A stretch of 63,848 bases of DNA, the filler included, from Klebsormidium nitens (Eukaryota > Plantae > Klebsormidiophyceae): NCBI GenBank assembly GCA_000708835.1. It is 4 parts of 4 records of this genome, joined end to end, with 100 filler letters (N's around TTAATTAATTAA, not from the genome) between each part and the next. Parts side by side here need not be neighbours in the genome. Positions count along the whole stretch, not along the records: positions 43,948 to 63,848 come from DF237926.1; 3 more parts are not named here. One strand, given 5' to 3'. This document shows, one piece after another, positions 47,280 through 60,974 of this stretch. Each line of letters begins with the position of its first letter. Position 1 is the stretch's first letter. The position numbers were made by a program, and so were the translations under genes. Below the pieces are notes generated by a model. That model was not told the origin of the DNA. It did no database searches and saw only the letters and a program-made list of their open reading frames with translations.

Positions 47280-50200
47280 TCACAACGATGCTCGAGCATT
47301 CTCCGCAACTTGTCGCCTCCTCCTCCCTTTCGTGTCCCATCCTTCTTTGTGAGACGGCCCGTCCTCTGTCGCGGCGTCATTGTCTTGCTCCATCTCATCC
47401 TCGAGGTCGCTGTCATCATCCCCACGTTTCCGCCTCTTCCTTCGCTTGGCTGGCCCCATGCTCTTCGCCCGTGGCCGCTTTGTCCCGGGCAAGCCTGAGG
47501 CCGGCGCTGCGCCGTCTGCCGGGGTGCCCTCCCCGTTGCCCGCTTCCCCCCGTGCTGCGGATGCTCGCTTCTTCGACTTGGGGACGGCGAAGGCTCCGTA
47601 ATCGATGGCATCTTCCTTCATGAGCTTTTTGAAAACCTGCAAACCGGTAAGGGGATTCACGAAGTGCAGTTAGGCAACGGCCAACTCGTAAGCGCCCAAA
47701 GTGGATATGCATACGCTTCATTACAGCATGGACAATTCCCCGCGCAGTACATACGGGGATGCCATGATTTCTTGACTTTATTCAAGAAGCAATGCTTCTC
47801 ATACAGAAATAGAAGGTTGTAAGTCGTCGCCGAGGTTGTCACATGATTCGCAGGTTCCGAGAATTAAACGCTCGACTGTCACGGATGCACTCCTGTCCTT
47901 CCAGGCTTCCAGCTTGTGCCTGTGCCTGCTCGCGCGCACCTTGTATCGCTGCCACAAGTCCCTGCTCGTCGCCACGGGCTGCAGCGGGAGCAGCGCCGCG
48001 TCGAAGGGCCCCACGCCGTCGCGCGGCGCGGCCGGCTCGGCTGTGCGCGCGGGGTCGGTGGGCGAGAAGGCGGCGCAGCGGTCGTCGGGCAGCGCGTAGG
48101 CCATCTTGAGGTACCGCTTCAGCAGCAGCAGCAGCGAGAGGGCCATCGCGCCGCCCGACTCGGCCTGCACCCAAGACGGCAAAGGAAGGGTGACCGGCCG
48201 CGCCCCCACGGGTCGAGACGCGGAGAGCGGAGAGGTATCGACAACAGCGCCAGGAACGGACTCCAGTGGCGGAGCCGCACAGGCAGTGGGTGGGGCCGTC
48301 CAGATACGCAGTCAAAGGCCACGCGGATGCACGTGCTCCGCTCGCAGAAACAGGACACAAGTAACCATCCAAGCGACACGTCGCTCCCTTTGCACCTCCA
48401 AGGTTGTGCCACGTGCTCGTTGCCAATACGGCGGACGATTTGGCCCGCAGCCAGGAGTCCGCACAGCGGGGCTGCTGCAGCCGCGGCACCGTGTGTCCCC
48501 CAGCCGCCCGCTGGGGGGTGCGTGGCTCACCTTGACTGCGTCCACGTCGTCGCGCGGCAGGCCCGCCAGGTCGTCGGCCGCGGGGTGCTGGGCGGGGCCC
48601 GGCGGGGCGGGGTCCACGTCGGAGTAGACGCTGAGGGCCGCCTCCTCCGCCTCGCGCTCCGCGGCCGCCACGCTCGCGCGTACGGCAGCAGCCACCGGGC
48701 CGGCGCCTGCGGGGGAGACGGCCGCAGCGACTGTCATGAGGAAGTTGCAACGCACAGGGACAATAGAAGTCGTCAAACGAACAGGTGCGGCGCTTCATGC
48801 GACGGGTGAGCGAAACAGCAGCTCAACGTTGATTTTCCTGTACGGATGAGGATGCTCGCCACGCCGGCCCCTGCCGGGTGTCCTCGCACCCAGCGAGACG
48901 GCACCTTCGGAGGAGGAAGGGGAGGACGGAGGATCGGCCGCGCATGCCACGGCCCTCTCGAGGCGCCTTGGCCTGCCAAGAACTAGACATGGCGCCGCCT
49001 GGCGTTGTTCCTCACCCAGCACCGCCGCCTTGAGCTGTGCCAGTGCCGCCCCGGCGCGCAGCTGGAGGGTGCGGTTGATGCTGTAGATGAGGTAGAGCGG
49101 CTCGTCCAGGGTGGCGAACGGGAGGCCCGCCAACGCCGCGGCGCAGAAGCTGCACCACAGGCAGCACCAGCTCAAGATGCTGCAGAGCAACCCCAGGGGA
49201 GGAGAAGAGTGCATTGCACGCTTCAATGCATCGCCCCGTTTGCCGTTGCCCACACTTCGGCGATACCTCGAGACGAATGAGCCTTCACGCGTCACGAGTG
49301 AGCGCGACCCGTCCCTGGAGCCGGGAATGGCAACCCGTGTGCCCAGCAGTAGACACCGGCGACGCATCTCAACCCGCAAGTCAGACGGCCCCTTCACGAG
49401 CTCTTAAATGTTCAGCGTCCGCTATTGCGGCATCTTCTCCGGAGAAAAGACGCCCGCCGCCCCCGAGACCCCCCCGAGACCCCCGGCACGCCACGTGGTG
49501 GCCTGCCCCAGGACCCCGTGTCCAGTTCTGGACAGGAGCGGCCCGCGCCTGGGCCGCTGTCCGCAGACCAGCTCAGGACGCGCGGAGTCCCCGCTCCTCC
49601 GTGACAGGAGCAGCCGACAGGAGCCTGCCGCGGGCAGTGGGCAGCGCGCGAGTGGGCGAGATGGAGACATGTGCGGGCACTCACTGCAGGAACGGCAGGT
49701 CGTCGGCGGCGGTGTCGAACTTGTGCACGATGGAGTGCAGCACCTTGTTGCGCGCGCCCTTGGTGGCCCGGCACAGCGCGTACACCCCGCCCAGGCCCGC
49801 CCCGGGAACAGGCCCGCCGCGGCCGTCGCGCGCCAGCCCGGCGTGCATGCGGAACGCGGCCTGCAGCCCGTCGCCCAGCCGGCTCTCCACAAAGTCCGGG
49901 TGCCTGCACCACCACACAACAACGTCGCACCACAGCCGGACAGCGCCGCACCGCGAGCGTGCATGCAAGAGGCTGTTCCAAGCTACGCACTCCCGCCGAA
50001 GTAGCCAAGCTCACGCTGTCGTCTTGTCGCCCACACGAGCGGAGACAGTCAGAGGGGCCACGCACACGGCCATGAGCTGCAGGTTGCACAAACGGGGCGA
50101 GCGCTCGCGGCGCGGGCTCACTTTTGGTACATGGCCGCCAGCAGCTGGTGCGCGAGCTTGGCGGTGGCGGCGTGCGTGTCCATGCCCAGCGCGACCAAGG

Positions 50201-53200
50201 GCGGCACGGCCGTCATGGGGTGCACCAACCCCTGCCGCAGCGCAAGCTCCACCACCTGCAACACGGCCAGCGAGGGGGGGGAATAGACGGGCCGAGAAAG
50301 CCTCCCTGGTCGACCATGGGAGCAGCTGTTCAGGATTCTCATGGACGACCTCTCACACAATGCGCTTGTATTGACGCAAGCCTGGGGAGTCGGCGTGCAG
50401 CGCCAGTACAGGCAGGAGGGGCCGCCCCTCCCCTCACCTTCAACGCTGCGTGCCGGACCTCGGGCGCGGGGTCCCCACAGCGCTCCAGCACCCGGCTCCA
50501 GTGGGTCTGGATGATCCCCCCGGCGATCCCCGCATCCACCTTGTCGGCGGCGCCTGCCGTGGTGGGGACAGCCTCGGCCGCGGCACCCTGCGACCCGGCA
50601 CAAACGTTTATATGGCAAGCTCCCTTTTATAGGGATACGATAGCACCTTGCAGGCGGGACAGGTGCTTGCTGCATAAGTGAAAGAAGTATACTGCAGAGG
50701 TTTCGAAGAGGTCTCGAAGCGGCTCAAAGATGGACCAAGCTTGCTCTCGACCAGGTTCCCGCTTCCGATTGAAAGTTGACCGAATATCTGAATCAAGCTT
50801 GGTAAAAAATCCCGAACGCAGCTGCAATAGAGACTACTGGTGCACAAGAGAAAGTGACATTGAGATCACAACCCAAACCAAGTTCGCTTTACTTGCAAGG
50901 GCGGAATAGGATCAGCAATGCGCGGCATCGGCTTTGCTTTGGAGTAACCAAGCCTTGGTCTCCGGACAGAACACCGCGCCTACACCCCCATCCGCACCAA
51001 TCAGCGGCTTGCCACATGACAGCGAGTCTTTCTGGCGGAAAGCATGAGGGCCCGCCGCGGGCGAGGGTGTGCTGGGCAGGGGGGCAGGCGCGCCGCTCAC
51101 CGCTGCAGTGGCGCGCTGCGCGGTGGCGGCCGGGGTCGCGTCGGCGCTGCTCTTCATGCCGTCCTCAATGCACACGAGGAAGTCGTGGAAGTTGCGCAGG
51201 GTCTGGACCTGCACCGCGAGGCCGCAGAGAGTGGCGCAGTCAGGCGAGCAGAGGGGCTGGCAGGCTGGCAGGACGCAGCACACCTCAGGGAACATGGAGA
51301 CACGAGAGGTACCGGGAGGCCCCCCAGTGCATTGTTTCTGCCGCTGACATACCCCGTTGGGATGCACACAACACAGAATCGCAGATGAGTCGGAAGAAAA
51401 GTCCGACCACAGTTGCGACAGTCTCGAGGGTCTTCAAAGCGAACGAACGACGTCCCACACCCAAAGCCCTGCACTTCGGGTCGGGGGATCAGATCGCTGC
51501 TCCCGGTGCAGCGCGTCCGGGCGTGGCCTCTTGCGGGTGGTGGCTCACCTTGAGGCGCTGGTCGGCGCCGCGCGACAGCGTGGCCTGCAGCAGCTTGTCC
51601 ATGCCGCCCGCCATCATCAGCCGCGGGCGAGCCGAGAAGACGGCCCCCAACCCCTGCCGCACAAAACCAGAAACGGTGTCTCGTCCTTACCCTTCCCAGA
51701 CATTTCTTCCAACAGACGTGCTGGGGCTCTTTTCGTCTTGTCAGCGAGGCAGCAGTGCAGACGCCGCAAGTAGATCCGGTGGACTTTCCCGGGCGGCCCT
51801 GCGTGGGCCAGAGTGGGTGGTGTGCCCACCTGCAGCGCGCGCTGCTTGACGTCGAAGGTGGACGACGCGAGGAAGTGGCGGTACAGCTCCAGCACGCCGC
51901 CCCAGGCGATGCCCGGCCCCGCGTCGGCCACCGCGTACGCGCCGTAGCGGCACAGCACGCCCAGCGAGTACAGGCACCGCGCCACAGTCTGCCGCAACAC
52001 GCAAGCGGCGCTCAGCAGAGGAGCCACCGAGCAAAGCGGTTACTCTGAACAGCAGGGCTCGGGTCAGCATGCCGCCCTGCCTCCGCGGATGTGCTTCCAC
52101 GCGGGCCCACTGCTGCACGAGCACGAGCATGAGCACGAGCAGGAAAAATGCTCCGCACCGCGGGCGAGGGGACTCACTGCGCCGTTGGCGGCTTCCGACC
52201 CGGCGTTCTTCTGCTTGGTCAGAAACTCGAAGAGGCTGCTCAGGAGATGCTGGAGGCCCGACAAGCCCTGCTCCGCAACCGAACCCAACGCACACAAGCA
52301 CCTGCAACGACGGGAGGGGGGGGGGGGTGGGTCAGAAGGTGAGACTGGGCCACGGGCACGCACCACGCCAAGAAGCAAGTACGGAACCGGAACCTCCACC
52401 CCGCAGCTCGCACGAGACGACCATCAGCACAGGCTCACGTGGCGCTCGACGTATCCGACTTGTTATCTGTTCGCCACTACCAACGCTCTTGGAACAGCAG
52501 GACTGCTCCTAGGTGGCTCCCTGTGGTAGCCACCAATACTGGTCGGTCAGATCAAGCGGCCCGCGCACGGCGGCTTCGATGAACCCGTCACGCTGCTTGT
52601 GTGAATTTGACAGCAGGGTCTCGACAGTGTAATCCTTCGTTGTCAAGGTTTGCTGGAAGCGTAGGGTGTCCCTGCTCGGAAGTCGCACCGGGCGCGGGGT
52701 GCCCACCTGATGGCTGCGTGCACGACGGTGAGGTACGGCTGGCGCTGCACGCAGGTGCGCAGCTTCTGCTCCAGCGCCGCCGTCAGCCACGCGGGTGGCC
52801 GCGCCAGGGGCAGCACCGCCGCAAAAATGTCCAGCAGCGCCGCGCACAGCTGGCCCGCGCTGCGGCTGCCGGCCTGCACACGCCGACGCGCCAGCCGGGC
52901 GAGAGGTTCAATTTGTTGTGGGGGGGAGAAGGCGCCAGAAGTGGACTCCAGGAATATGCAAGAGGCTGCCGACTTCGACACTATGCTGGCAGGTTTTGAA
53001 ACTCTTGCGAGTGCTAAGGACTGATCAAACACGAAGCGCAACGTGCAGGCTACCATATTGCATTCCTTTCCCGGGTGTGTTGCTTCACCTCCGTTTGGAG
53101 GTACGGCTGCAGCGTGACGACCGTGCGCAGCGGGTCGGTGGCGGGAGCGCAGAGGAGCGGGTCCACGTCGCAGAAGGCGTGCAGCGCCAGCACGTGAGGC

Positions 53201-56200
53201 AGCGCGGCCGTGTCCGCAGAGGCGCCCTCCTCGATCTGCACACCGGGACGGACGGCTCGGCAGCCAGACCCGCAGTGGCCGGGGACCCGTGTGCCCAACT
53301 TCTCCGCACACAATGATTCGTTTGAAGCACAAAAGTTTGACACTTCGATGCTGCAGTTCCGAAGGGCCGAAGGGCAACACGAGCGCATCAGCAGCTTATT
53401 ACCAGAAAGATTCTACGAACTTCAAGGTCCTCAAACGATGGACGGCTCACTATAAGAGGCTTCAAGTCACAGTCACGCCCCAAGATCAGGATGACGCCTG
53501 CAGGGACCCAAAATCGCTCTAGAAACCAACAGCAAGCGGGAGATATCGGACCAAATGGGTGCGGCGGCGGTGGTGGGTGTGCGCACCTGCAGGATGCTCT
53601 CCAGCAGCTGCCGGCACATGGCCTCGCACACGCGCCGCACCGCGGGGTCCACCGCGCCCGCGCCACCAGCGACTCCAGCCGGCGTCTCCTGCGGAGGTGA
53701 GGCCCGGCGTGAGAGAGCAAGGGTACCGAGTAAGAGGAAGACCGTGGAACAAGCATGCCAGAGCACGCCCGATAAACACGGGCCACTCAGAGACCTCTCT
53801 CTTGCCATCTGCTAGTAAGCTTGCTGGTAACGAGCGTCGCGTACATTGGCGATGGCGGTGATGATGGGACACTGTGAAATCATAAGCTCAGGTTGACACT
53901 GGGTTGCCCATCCATGAAATCATAAGCTCAGGTTGACACTGGGTTGCCCATCCATGAAATGACTTGCTTCGTTCCCATACCTTCCTCATTTCCTCAGGTT
54001 TTTTCAACCGTCCCAAGCTTACAGTTTCACTTCTTCCAAGGCATACATTTCGCAAACTGTCACATCTTCCGGCGGGCGGCCCCTCGCTTCCCGTCGCTGT
54101 GGCTGCCTCACCTGCAGCAGGCAGCGCTTGACGGCCGCCACGAGGGGCTGCTGGTTGCCCGGCGACCGCAGCAGCGCCACCAGCAGCGCGCAGCGCTCCT
54201 CCAGGCTGCTGCCGCCGCCGCCGGCGTCGAGCGGAGAGAAGAGCACGCCGTGGAACGTCTTCATCACCATGTCCTGCACGCAGGCCAGCACGCGAAGCGG
54301 TCACAGCTGGGACCACGACTGAGGCGGCCACCGCAGGAGCTGCGGGCTCGCGGAGAAGATGCATGCCGCGGCCAGGCCGGCCTGGAGCACAGAAGGACCA
54401 TCCTTCGCGGCAACTCAGAGAAGTCTGCTCACGAGAGCATCGTCCTTCCGACCCCAATCTGACCCGAAGGTCCGCCCGCTTTCCCTCCCGTCCCTCACCT
54501 GGATGGAGGCCTCCTCGTCGGCGACCCGCGTGAGCAGGCGCTCGCAGGCGTCCACGCGGTGCGGGGAGCGCGCGTCGTCGATGCACACGGCGCGCAGGAT
54601 GCGGATGACGCGCTTGCGCACGCTGACGCCCAGGTCCAGGATGCGCTCCGCGATGTGCGGGTAGTACTGCAAGCAGGGGACCAGCGGAGGGTGAGGCAAG
54701 GGGGGGGGGGCGAAGCAACGGAAGGAAGCAGCGGAAGGGAGCTACGAGACACAAGAGCCGAGGCTGGGCGAGCAAGGGCAGCCGGGTGTCTGCATGTCCA
54801 CCAGGGAGCGGAGGGGAAACTTTCAACTGTCACACTGGCGCCTCCGCTCTTGGAAGCAAAAGTAATCTTGGAAGATATTTTGGCTTTCGCTGTCAAGTGT
54901 CAGCCTAATTCGAGCTTTTCGGACATTTGCATTTTTCAAGGACGACCTTGTCAAGCAATGTGCAGGCGACAGCTCGCCCCCCCCGCGGTGGCAGGGCGGC
55001 GGTGCGCGGTGGGCCGCACCTGGTTGGCGAGCTCCGGGTCGGTGGTGACGTAGTTGCCGACGAGCTCCATGGCGGCCTCGCGCACGCTGATGGCGGCGTC
55101 CAGGAAGCGGCCCTCCACCGCGGCCTGCACCGCGCCCTCGCGCAGCAGCGCCGGCCGCTCCGCCACCATGCCGCCCAGCTGCCACACGCACGCACACACA
55201 TCACAGGTCAGCGCGGCGGGGAGCAAGGCGGGGGAGCCGGGGCAGAGAGAAGGGAATCGCACGCGGCTCAAGACGTCGGACTAGTGCCGAGGGGTGGCCT
55301 GTGAGCATGCTGCGCAATCCGGCTTGTGAGGTTGTGCCCAAGTGCAGGAGCACTCGGCTGTCAAAGCCAGCCATGCCTGGAGATGGGCTGTTCTGAAGCA
55401 CACGCAGGCCGGGCCCTGTCATCCCGTTGCCATGCTCGCCCTGCCGGTGCTCACCGCTCGCAGCCCCTTGGCTCGTATCGTCGGGCTGCTCTCTTGAAGG
55501 CTCCCCAGAAATGCGTTCCGTATGATGTCGAGGCCCCTCTGCAGCGGCCGCTTCTGGCCCAGCGCGCGCGCGACCTGGACGAACGTGGGCCGACCCAGCG
55601 GCGGCGGGCCGCTGCCGCGCCGCAACGGCGGGGGGGGCGCGTCGAGGCGTGCCTCGTACAATGGCAGCTGCTCCTGCGGCGCGTCGTGGAACCACTGGCA
55701 CAGGAAGAACCTGCAGGGAGGGGGGGCAGGCCGAAGGAGGGCGGTGGGAGCTGGATCGGGGAGGGGGGAGACGCAAGCGAGGCACTGGGGTAGCAGGCGA
55801 AACGCGCTAGACGATGTGTCTCGTCTTCCTGCAGGGAGCACATGCGTGGGTGTGCTTGCGCATGCGGTGCGGCGCGCTCACTCTCGTGCGGAGGCGATGG
55901 CGGGGTCGGCTTGCGCATGGTGCGCCAGGTAGTTGAGCAGCGCCTGCTGCACCAGCGCCACCTGCTCCTCCGCGGCCGCCTCGTCGTCGCCGCCCGCGTC
56001 CCCATTCGCCAGCGGCACGCCCAGCGCGGCCAGCTGCTCCTTGCACTCGCACAGCGCGCACAGCCAGCGGCGGCCCTCCGGCGGGGCCCCTCCCAGGCAC
56101 TCGCTGTGGAAGAGGCGCGGGCAGGCCGCGCAGCGCAGCGGGCGGGCCCCGTGTAGCTCCTGCTCGCACACCTCGCACACGCCGCCGGGCTGCGCGGGGG

Positions 56201-59200
56201 CCTCGTACTGGAAGAGCAGCCAGAGGTGGTGCTGCGCGTCCGCGGCCGCGTCCGCCTGCAGCTGCGCCGCCACGGCCCCCAGCACGTCCAGCGCCAGCCC
56301 GCGCACAGCCGCGTCGCGCGACTGCACGCCCACCTCCGACAGCAGCACTGACGCCAATACCTGCGCAGCACCAAGAGGGGGGGGAGAGCAACGGGTCCCA
56401 TCGCAAGGCCGCACCAAGCTTCGGCGGCGGTTCCAAGACAACAAGACCTCGCCCTTCAGATCTGGTCAACCATACGTCCTTTACAGATGGAGCTTTATAA
56501 ATGGAACCCAAACACGTCTCCGTTGACGGCCTCAAGACTGTTAGCGCAGCTGTGTTCGCTGGCGTGCCCGGCCCCTCGTCCGTTGCGTGTGTCGCCTCAC
56601 CTGCAGCAGCAGGCCCGCTGCGGGGAACTCGGGCGCGTTGAGCATGGCGCGCAGGTCGGCGGTGAGGCCGTCCATGGCGCTGCGCAGCTCCGCGCTGTCG
56701 GGGCCCTTGAGCGCGCCCCACTTGGGCACCACGACGCGCCAAAAGTGCGTGGCCACCGCGGTGGCGCCCTCGTACACGCCGGCACAGGCGCGCGCGCGCT
56801 CCTCCTCGCCGGGCCACGCGTGCGCGCGCGGGAGGACGGCGCAGGCCTGCACGGCATGCAGCAGCACGGCGGCCGGCACCCCGATTTGCTGGCCCGCCTC
56901 TCCCAGAACGTGGTAGCGCGCCGCGCCGCGCTTGCCAGCCGGGGTGCGCCACACCAGGGCGGCCACGTCCTCGATGAGCAGCAGGCGGTGTGCAGGGTAG
57001 CAGCGAAACACCTGCGGGGGGAGATGGGGAGCGGTGGATTGCGCGGCAGACGAACACACGAGATCGAAAAGAAGCGTGAGTTTCAATGCACAGGCGTGCG
57101 TGTACTCTACGCAAACTTGCGGCAGGAGCCCGCAACAAGCCTGCAGTGGGTGAGGCCCGTCCCGCAGCGGAGGGGGGCGCCTCACGGCGGCCAGCAGCGC
57201 GATGGCCTTGAGGTGCAGCAGCGGCAGGTTGTCGCACGTCAGCGTGGTCAGCGCCAGCTTGGCCAGCTGCAGCACCACGCTGTCCTGCAGCCGCCGCAGC
57301 GCCAGCAGCCGCGCCGTCAGCTCGTACAGGCTGCACAACCGCGGCAGCAGCGCCGCGCCGCCAGGGCCAGCACTGCACACGACCAGGGCGGAGCAGCGTG
57401 AGGGGCCCAGCAGGCCGGGAGAGAGAAGAGGAGGGGCAAGCGCCACGGTGAGCAGGAGGATTTTGCGGGTAGGGTGAGGCGGGGAGGGGAGAGATCCGCT
57501 TGAAAGGTGCCACGGTGCGGCAGGTCAATGGGGACGATCGGAGGGCCGCCGCGGGGCCGCCACCAGCAGCGACATCAGATGGTAGCGAGAGACAGGCAGG
57601 CAGACAGGCGGGACCAGGGCAGGTGAGCAACGAAATGGAGGAGCACCTGAGTGACGAGCCTTTCTGGCCGGCTGCGCCGCGTCCCTTGAAGGGGGCGCCT
57701 GCCTCGCGGGGCAGGTCGGCCGGGTCGTCGCCCTCAGCTGGAGGAGGCACACGGCAGCAACGAGGCACGGCCGAGTCAGCACCAACCCACGCAGGTGCAC
57801 CGGGCTTAGAAGGGGGTCAGGCCAAACAGGGCTCTGAAAGTGAACAACCGACACAGTCCGTATCAGATGTAATTTTGTTGGAGGAACAGGCTTTTATGTG
57901 ACAAAAGGTACGTTCTTTCGAACCTGGAACAGAAAAGGCCCTCTTTTTGCAGACCAGCGAGAGCGGTACATAAGGTGCCCCCCACACAGCAAGAGCGGCT
58001 TGCCTGGGCGGGCCCCCTGCGACGCCTGCGCTGCGTACGCGGGGTCGAAGGCGGGGAAGACCACGGTCGTAGCTGCAGACTTGAGGAACGCCAGTAGGCC
58101 CTCAATCACCTGCGCCAGGGAGAACGGCAGATCAGCACGAGGGGCGCCTCATGCACAGTGAGCCAGGAGTGTCCTGCAGCCAGGTATGGCTGCGTGGCGC
58201 GCCGACACCCCACACTTGCCAGGCAGTGACGTCAACTCGTGGGCTGGGGGTGGCTGCTGCGCACCTCCTCCACGTACAGCTGCGGCGGCATGCCGGGCGT
58301 GGCCAAGAGCAGCAGCAGCAGGTGGGCCGCCTCCGCCGCCAGGGGCACGCCGCCACCGCCACCAGGGTCCACCTGCGGGAGGGGGAGGGGGAGGGGGGAA
58401 GGTCGAGGAGGGCATGAAAGAGGCAAGAGCATGACAAGGAAAACAGTTTTCTTGCACTTGCAGCGATTGGCATAGTAAGACAAGGAACAACTATTCCCAG
58501 GTGCAGCAGACCCAGGTCCTGTATACCAACTCTCTTCTGCCCCAATCCAACGCCCCATCCTCTGCAAACAGAGTGGCATGCTGCCGCGGAGCGCGCACGC
58601 TCACCCCTGCGTCGACTGCGCCGGCGTGCGTGGCGCTGCGCACGTGGCGGTCCAGGGCGAGCACGAGCTGGAGCAGGGGCGGCAGCGGCATTGTCGCCAG
58701 GCGCTGCTGCGCGCGCAGGGCGGCCACCGCGTCGGCCAGCTGCGCCAGCTGCTCGTGCGTCAGGCAGGCGCCGAGGCGGTCCCCGCGCGCCGCCTCCGGC
58801 TCCAGCAGCTGGCCCACCAGAGATAGCAGAGCCGCGCCGCGGTCTGCAGGCAGCCAGGGGGGAGAAGAGGGAACATGGGGAGAGCTGTCTTGAAGTCTCG
58901 ACTTGCTGGCACTAGCGCTCTTCAAAGAAATCGGAAAAAGGAGCTCGTCATGCTAGATGCACTGTAAGCCTTGAGAGAACGATTACAAGCAAGGGAAGTT
59001 TAAATGCGAAAACAACAGCTCGGAACTACTCTCGCGCACAGGATGTTTCGACCCAGGTCATGTGGCGGTCACCCGCTCCCCAGAAGGGTGCTGGTGCGGC
59101 CCTTGCCATGGGCGTCACCTGGAGCAGGGCTGTCCTCATTGGGCACGAAAGCGGGGTGGGGCGCCTTGGCGGACCTCCTCTTCTTGGTGCGGGGGCGCAT

Positions 59201-60112
59201 CAGGGGCTCATCCTCCTGCGCAGAGCTTGCCTGCGCGGGCAAGCAAGGGCAGCAGTGAGGGGCAGCAGGAGCGCCAGGCGGGAGCTGCAGGGGGCCAGAG
59301 GGCATCTCTAGCGGCCTGCCGCACACAAGGGCCCTCTCCTGGCGCCCTGCGGGCAGCGGGCGCTGTGTGTGCTCACCCAGGGGTCAGGGCGCAGGCGGGG
59401 GCCACTCTGGGGCTCGGCTGCTCGCACAGTCCCCTGAGGCAGGAGGGGCGGCCCATCAGCGGGCGGAAGCGGCCGCACCACTGCAACAGGGACGCTCGCG
59501 CGGTCCAAGCGGCCAGGGGCTGCACCAAGGGGCACTGGTCAGACGGCTGACGGGTAGCGCTTCCAAGAGCACTAGACGCACGCTGGGGCTGCGATCTGAG
59601 GACCAAGCGAACAACTCGGCTTGAAGCCTCTTACGATGTTGAGTGAAGTTTCAACTTACTTTTTGGCATGCATTGGAAGATCCCAGGGTTGCTGCTCAAC
59701 AACGCCACTCGCCGTGTTGATGGTTGAGGAGACGGAAGAAAAGGCAGGGAGGCCTTCAGGGACCTGCACGCAAGGATGGGACGGCATGTCACGCCCAGTG
59801 CCACTCTGGTGCCTGCACTCATGCACACGGCCCATCCACTTGTTCATCCCTGCAATTGGCGAGCAGGCTGGCGGCGCTGGCTCACAGGTAACTAACGTCC
59901 GCCTCCCTCAGCAGGTGGGCTATTCCATGCTCCACTGCGGAGCTGCTCGGAGAAGGGCCACTGGGGTGGCCCTCCGGGGACAGGGACGCATGGCAGGCCC
60001 CCCCAAAGTTGGCAGGAAGAGAGGGCACGGGAAAGAACTGAAAGACCTCTGGATGCGCTAAGTTGGTCAGGCGGGCCGCAGGAAGTCGGAACGCCCCTTG
60101 CTGACCCGCCAT
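47280..60112 (-). CDS. SCC2: Cohesin loader SCC2 / Nipped-B-like, plant type with PHD finger (>20 exons)
   Basis: N-terminus [32 protein letters not shown]; [26 protein letters not shown]; HEAT segments [50 protein letters not shown]; Nipped-[20 protein letters not shown] and [13 protein letters not shown]; final [15 protein letters not shown]. Confidence 0.93.
53875..53960. repeat. Perfect 40-bp tandem duplication in an SCC2 intron
   Basis: tgaaatcataagctcaggttgacactgggttgcccatcca x2 plus tgaaat. Confidence 0.9.
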
Positions 60113-60974
60113 GCTCTTTGCTCAAACCTGACCCTGACCTGATGACTATTTCCTGTATGGAACCTCTATGAGCAATTGGGGCTCCCAGCACCCATCCTGT
60201 TTGTGGTGCCGCTAAGAATGCGCATCTGTGCCCACACCACCCGCACCATCATTCAGGGCAGGGGGGTGGAGCGGCGAGCATGGAGCAGCACAATCTGCGA
60301 GCTGCAGCAGCCAATGCAGGCACGTCACGCCCACCTGCCGCGCCTGCCAAAAGAGTTTCACACAACGTTTCTACGAATATTCGTTGCATTGGCGAATCAC
60401 AAAAGCATGCATGTACAACACTACGCATGAGGGAACTGCTGAAGGGGGGTCCCTCGCGCTCAGTCGTCGCACGAACTCGAGTCGGAGTAAGGGATCTTCA
60501 TGTGCAAGCAAAGCAAATCTGGGCGACAAGCAACCTCCCGAGCTGGCCTAGCCGACCACAGCACCTTGCAGTCTTAGACCACGCAGAAGGTCCCGGTTAA
60601 ATGCATCGATGGCTTCAAGTGGTCGCCGAAGCTCCACAACTCGAAACTTGAGAGTGCTGCGACTCGGAGTCACTGGTCTGAGTGCTGCAGACGCGCTGAG
60701 TGACTCTGGCTGTGGAACTTGAAGACTCGGAGTCGAAGTCGGAGCTTATCGACGCGAGAAGGAAGCGTCAACGTCTTCGCAGCTGCTGACGAATGCGCCT
60801 AACCACCATTTTGGCGAGGAGCCATCTGCATCTCTTTAGCTAGCCTCAGGCAGTGGGAAAATTGAAAAAGTGCACGGCAGGTAAGGTGGACGCCGCCAAT
60901 TGTGCAAGCACTTGCTCTCCTCTCGTTTTAAAAATTGAACCGGGCGCAGTCTGTTGGGAGGCCCGACGGGCGCA

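Noticed and set aside
55807-57768. 653-aa ORF and many other long Ala/Arg/Pro/Gly-rich ORFs overlapping genes
   Set aside because: Off-frame or antisense read-through of very GC-rich exons and introns; the real frames are explained by spliced genes.
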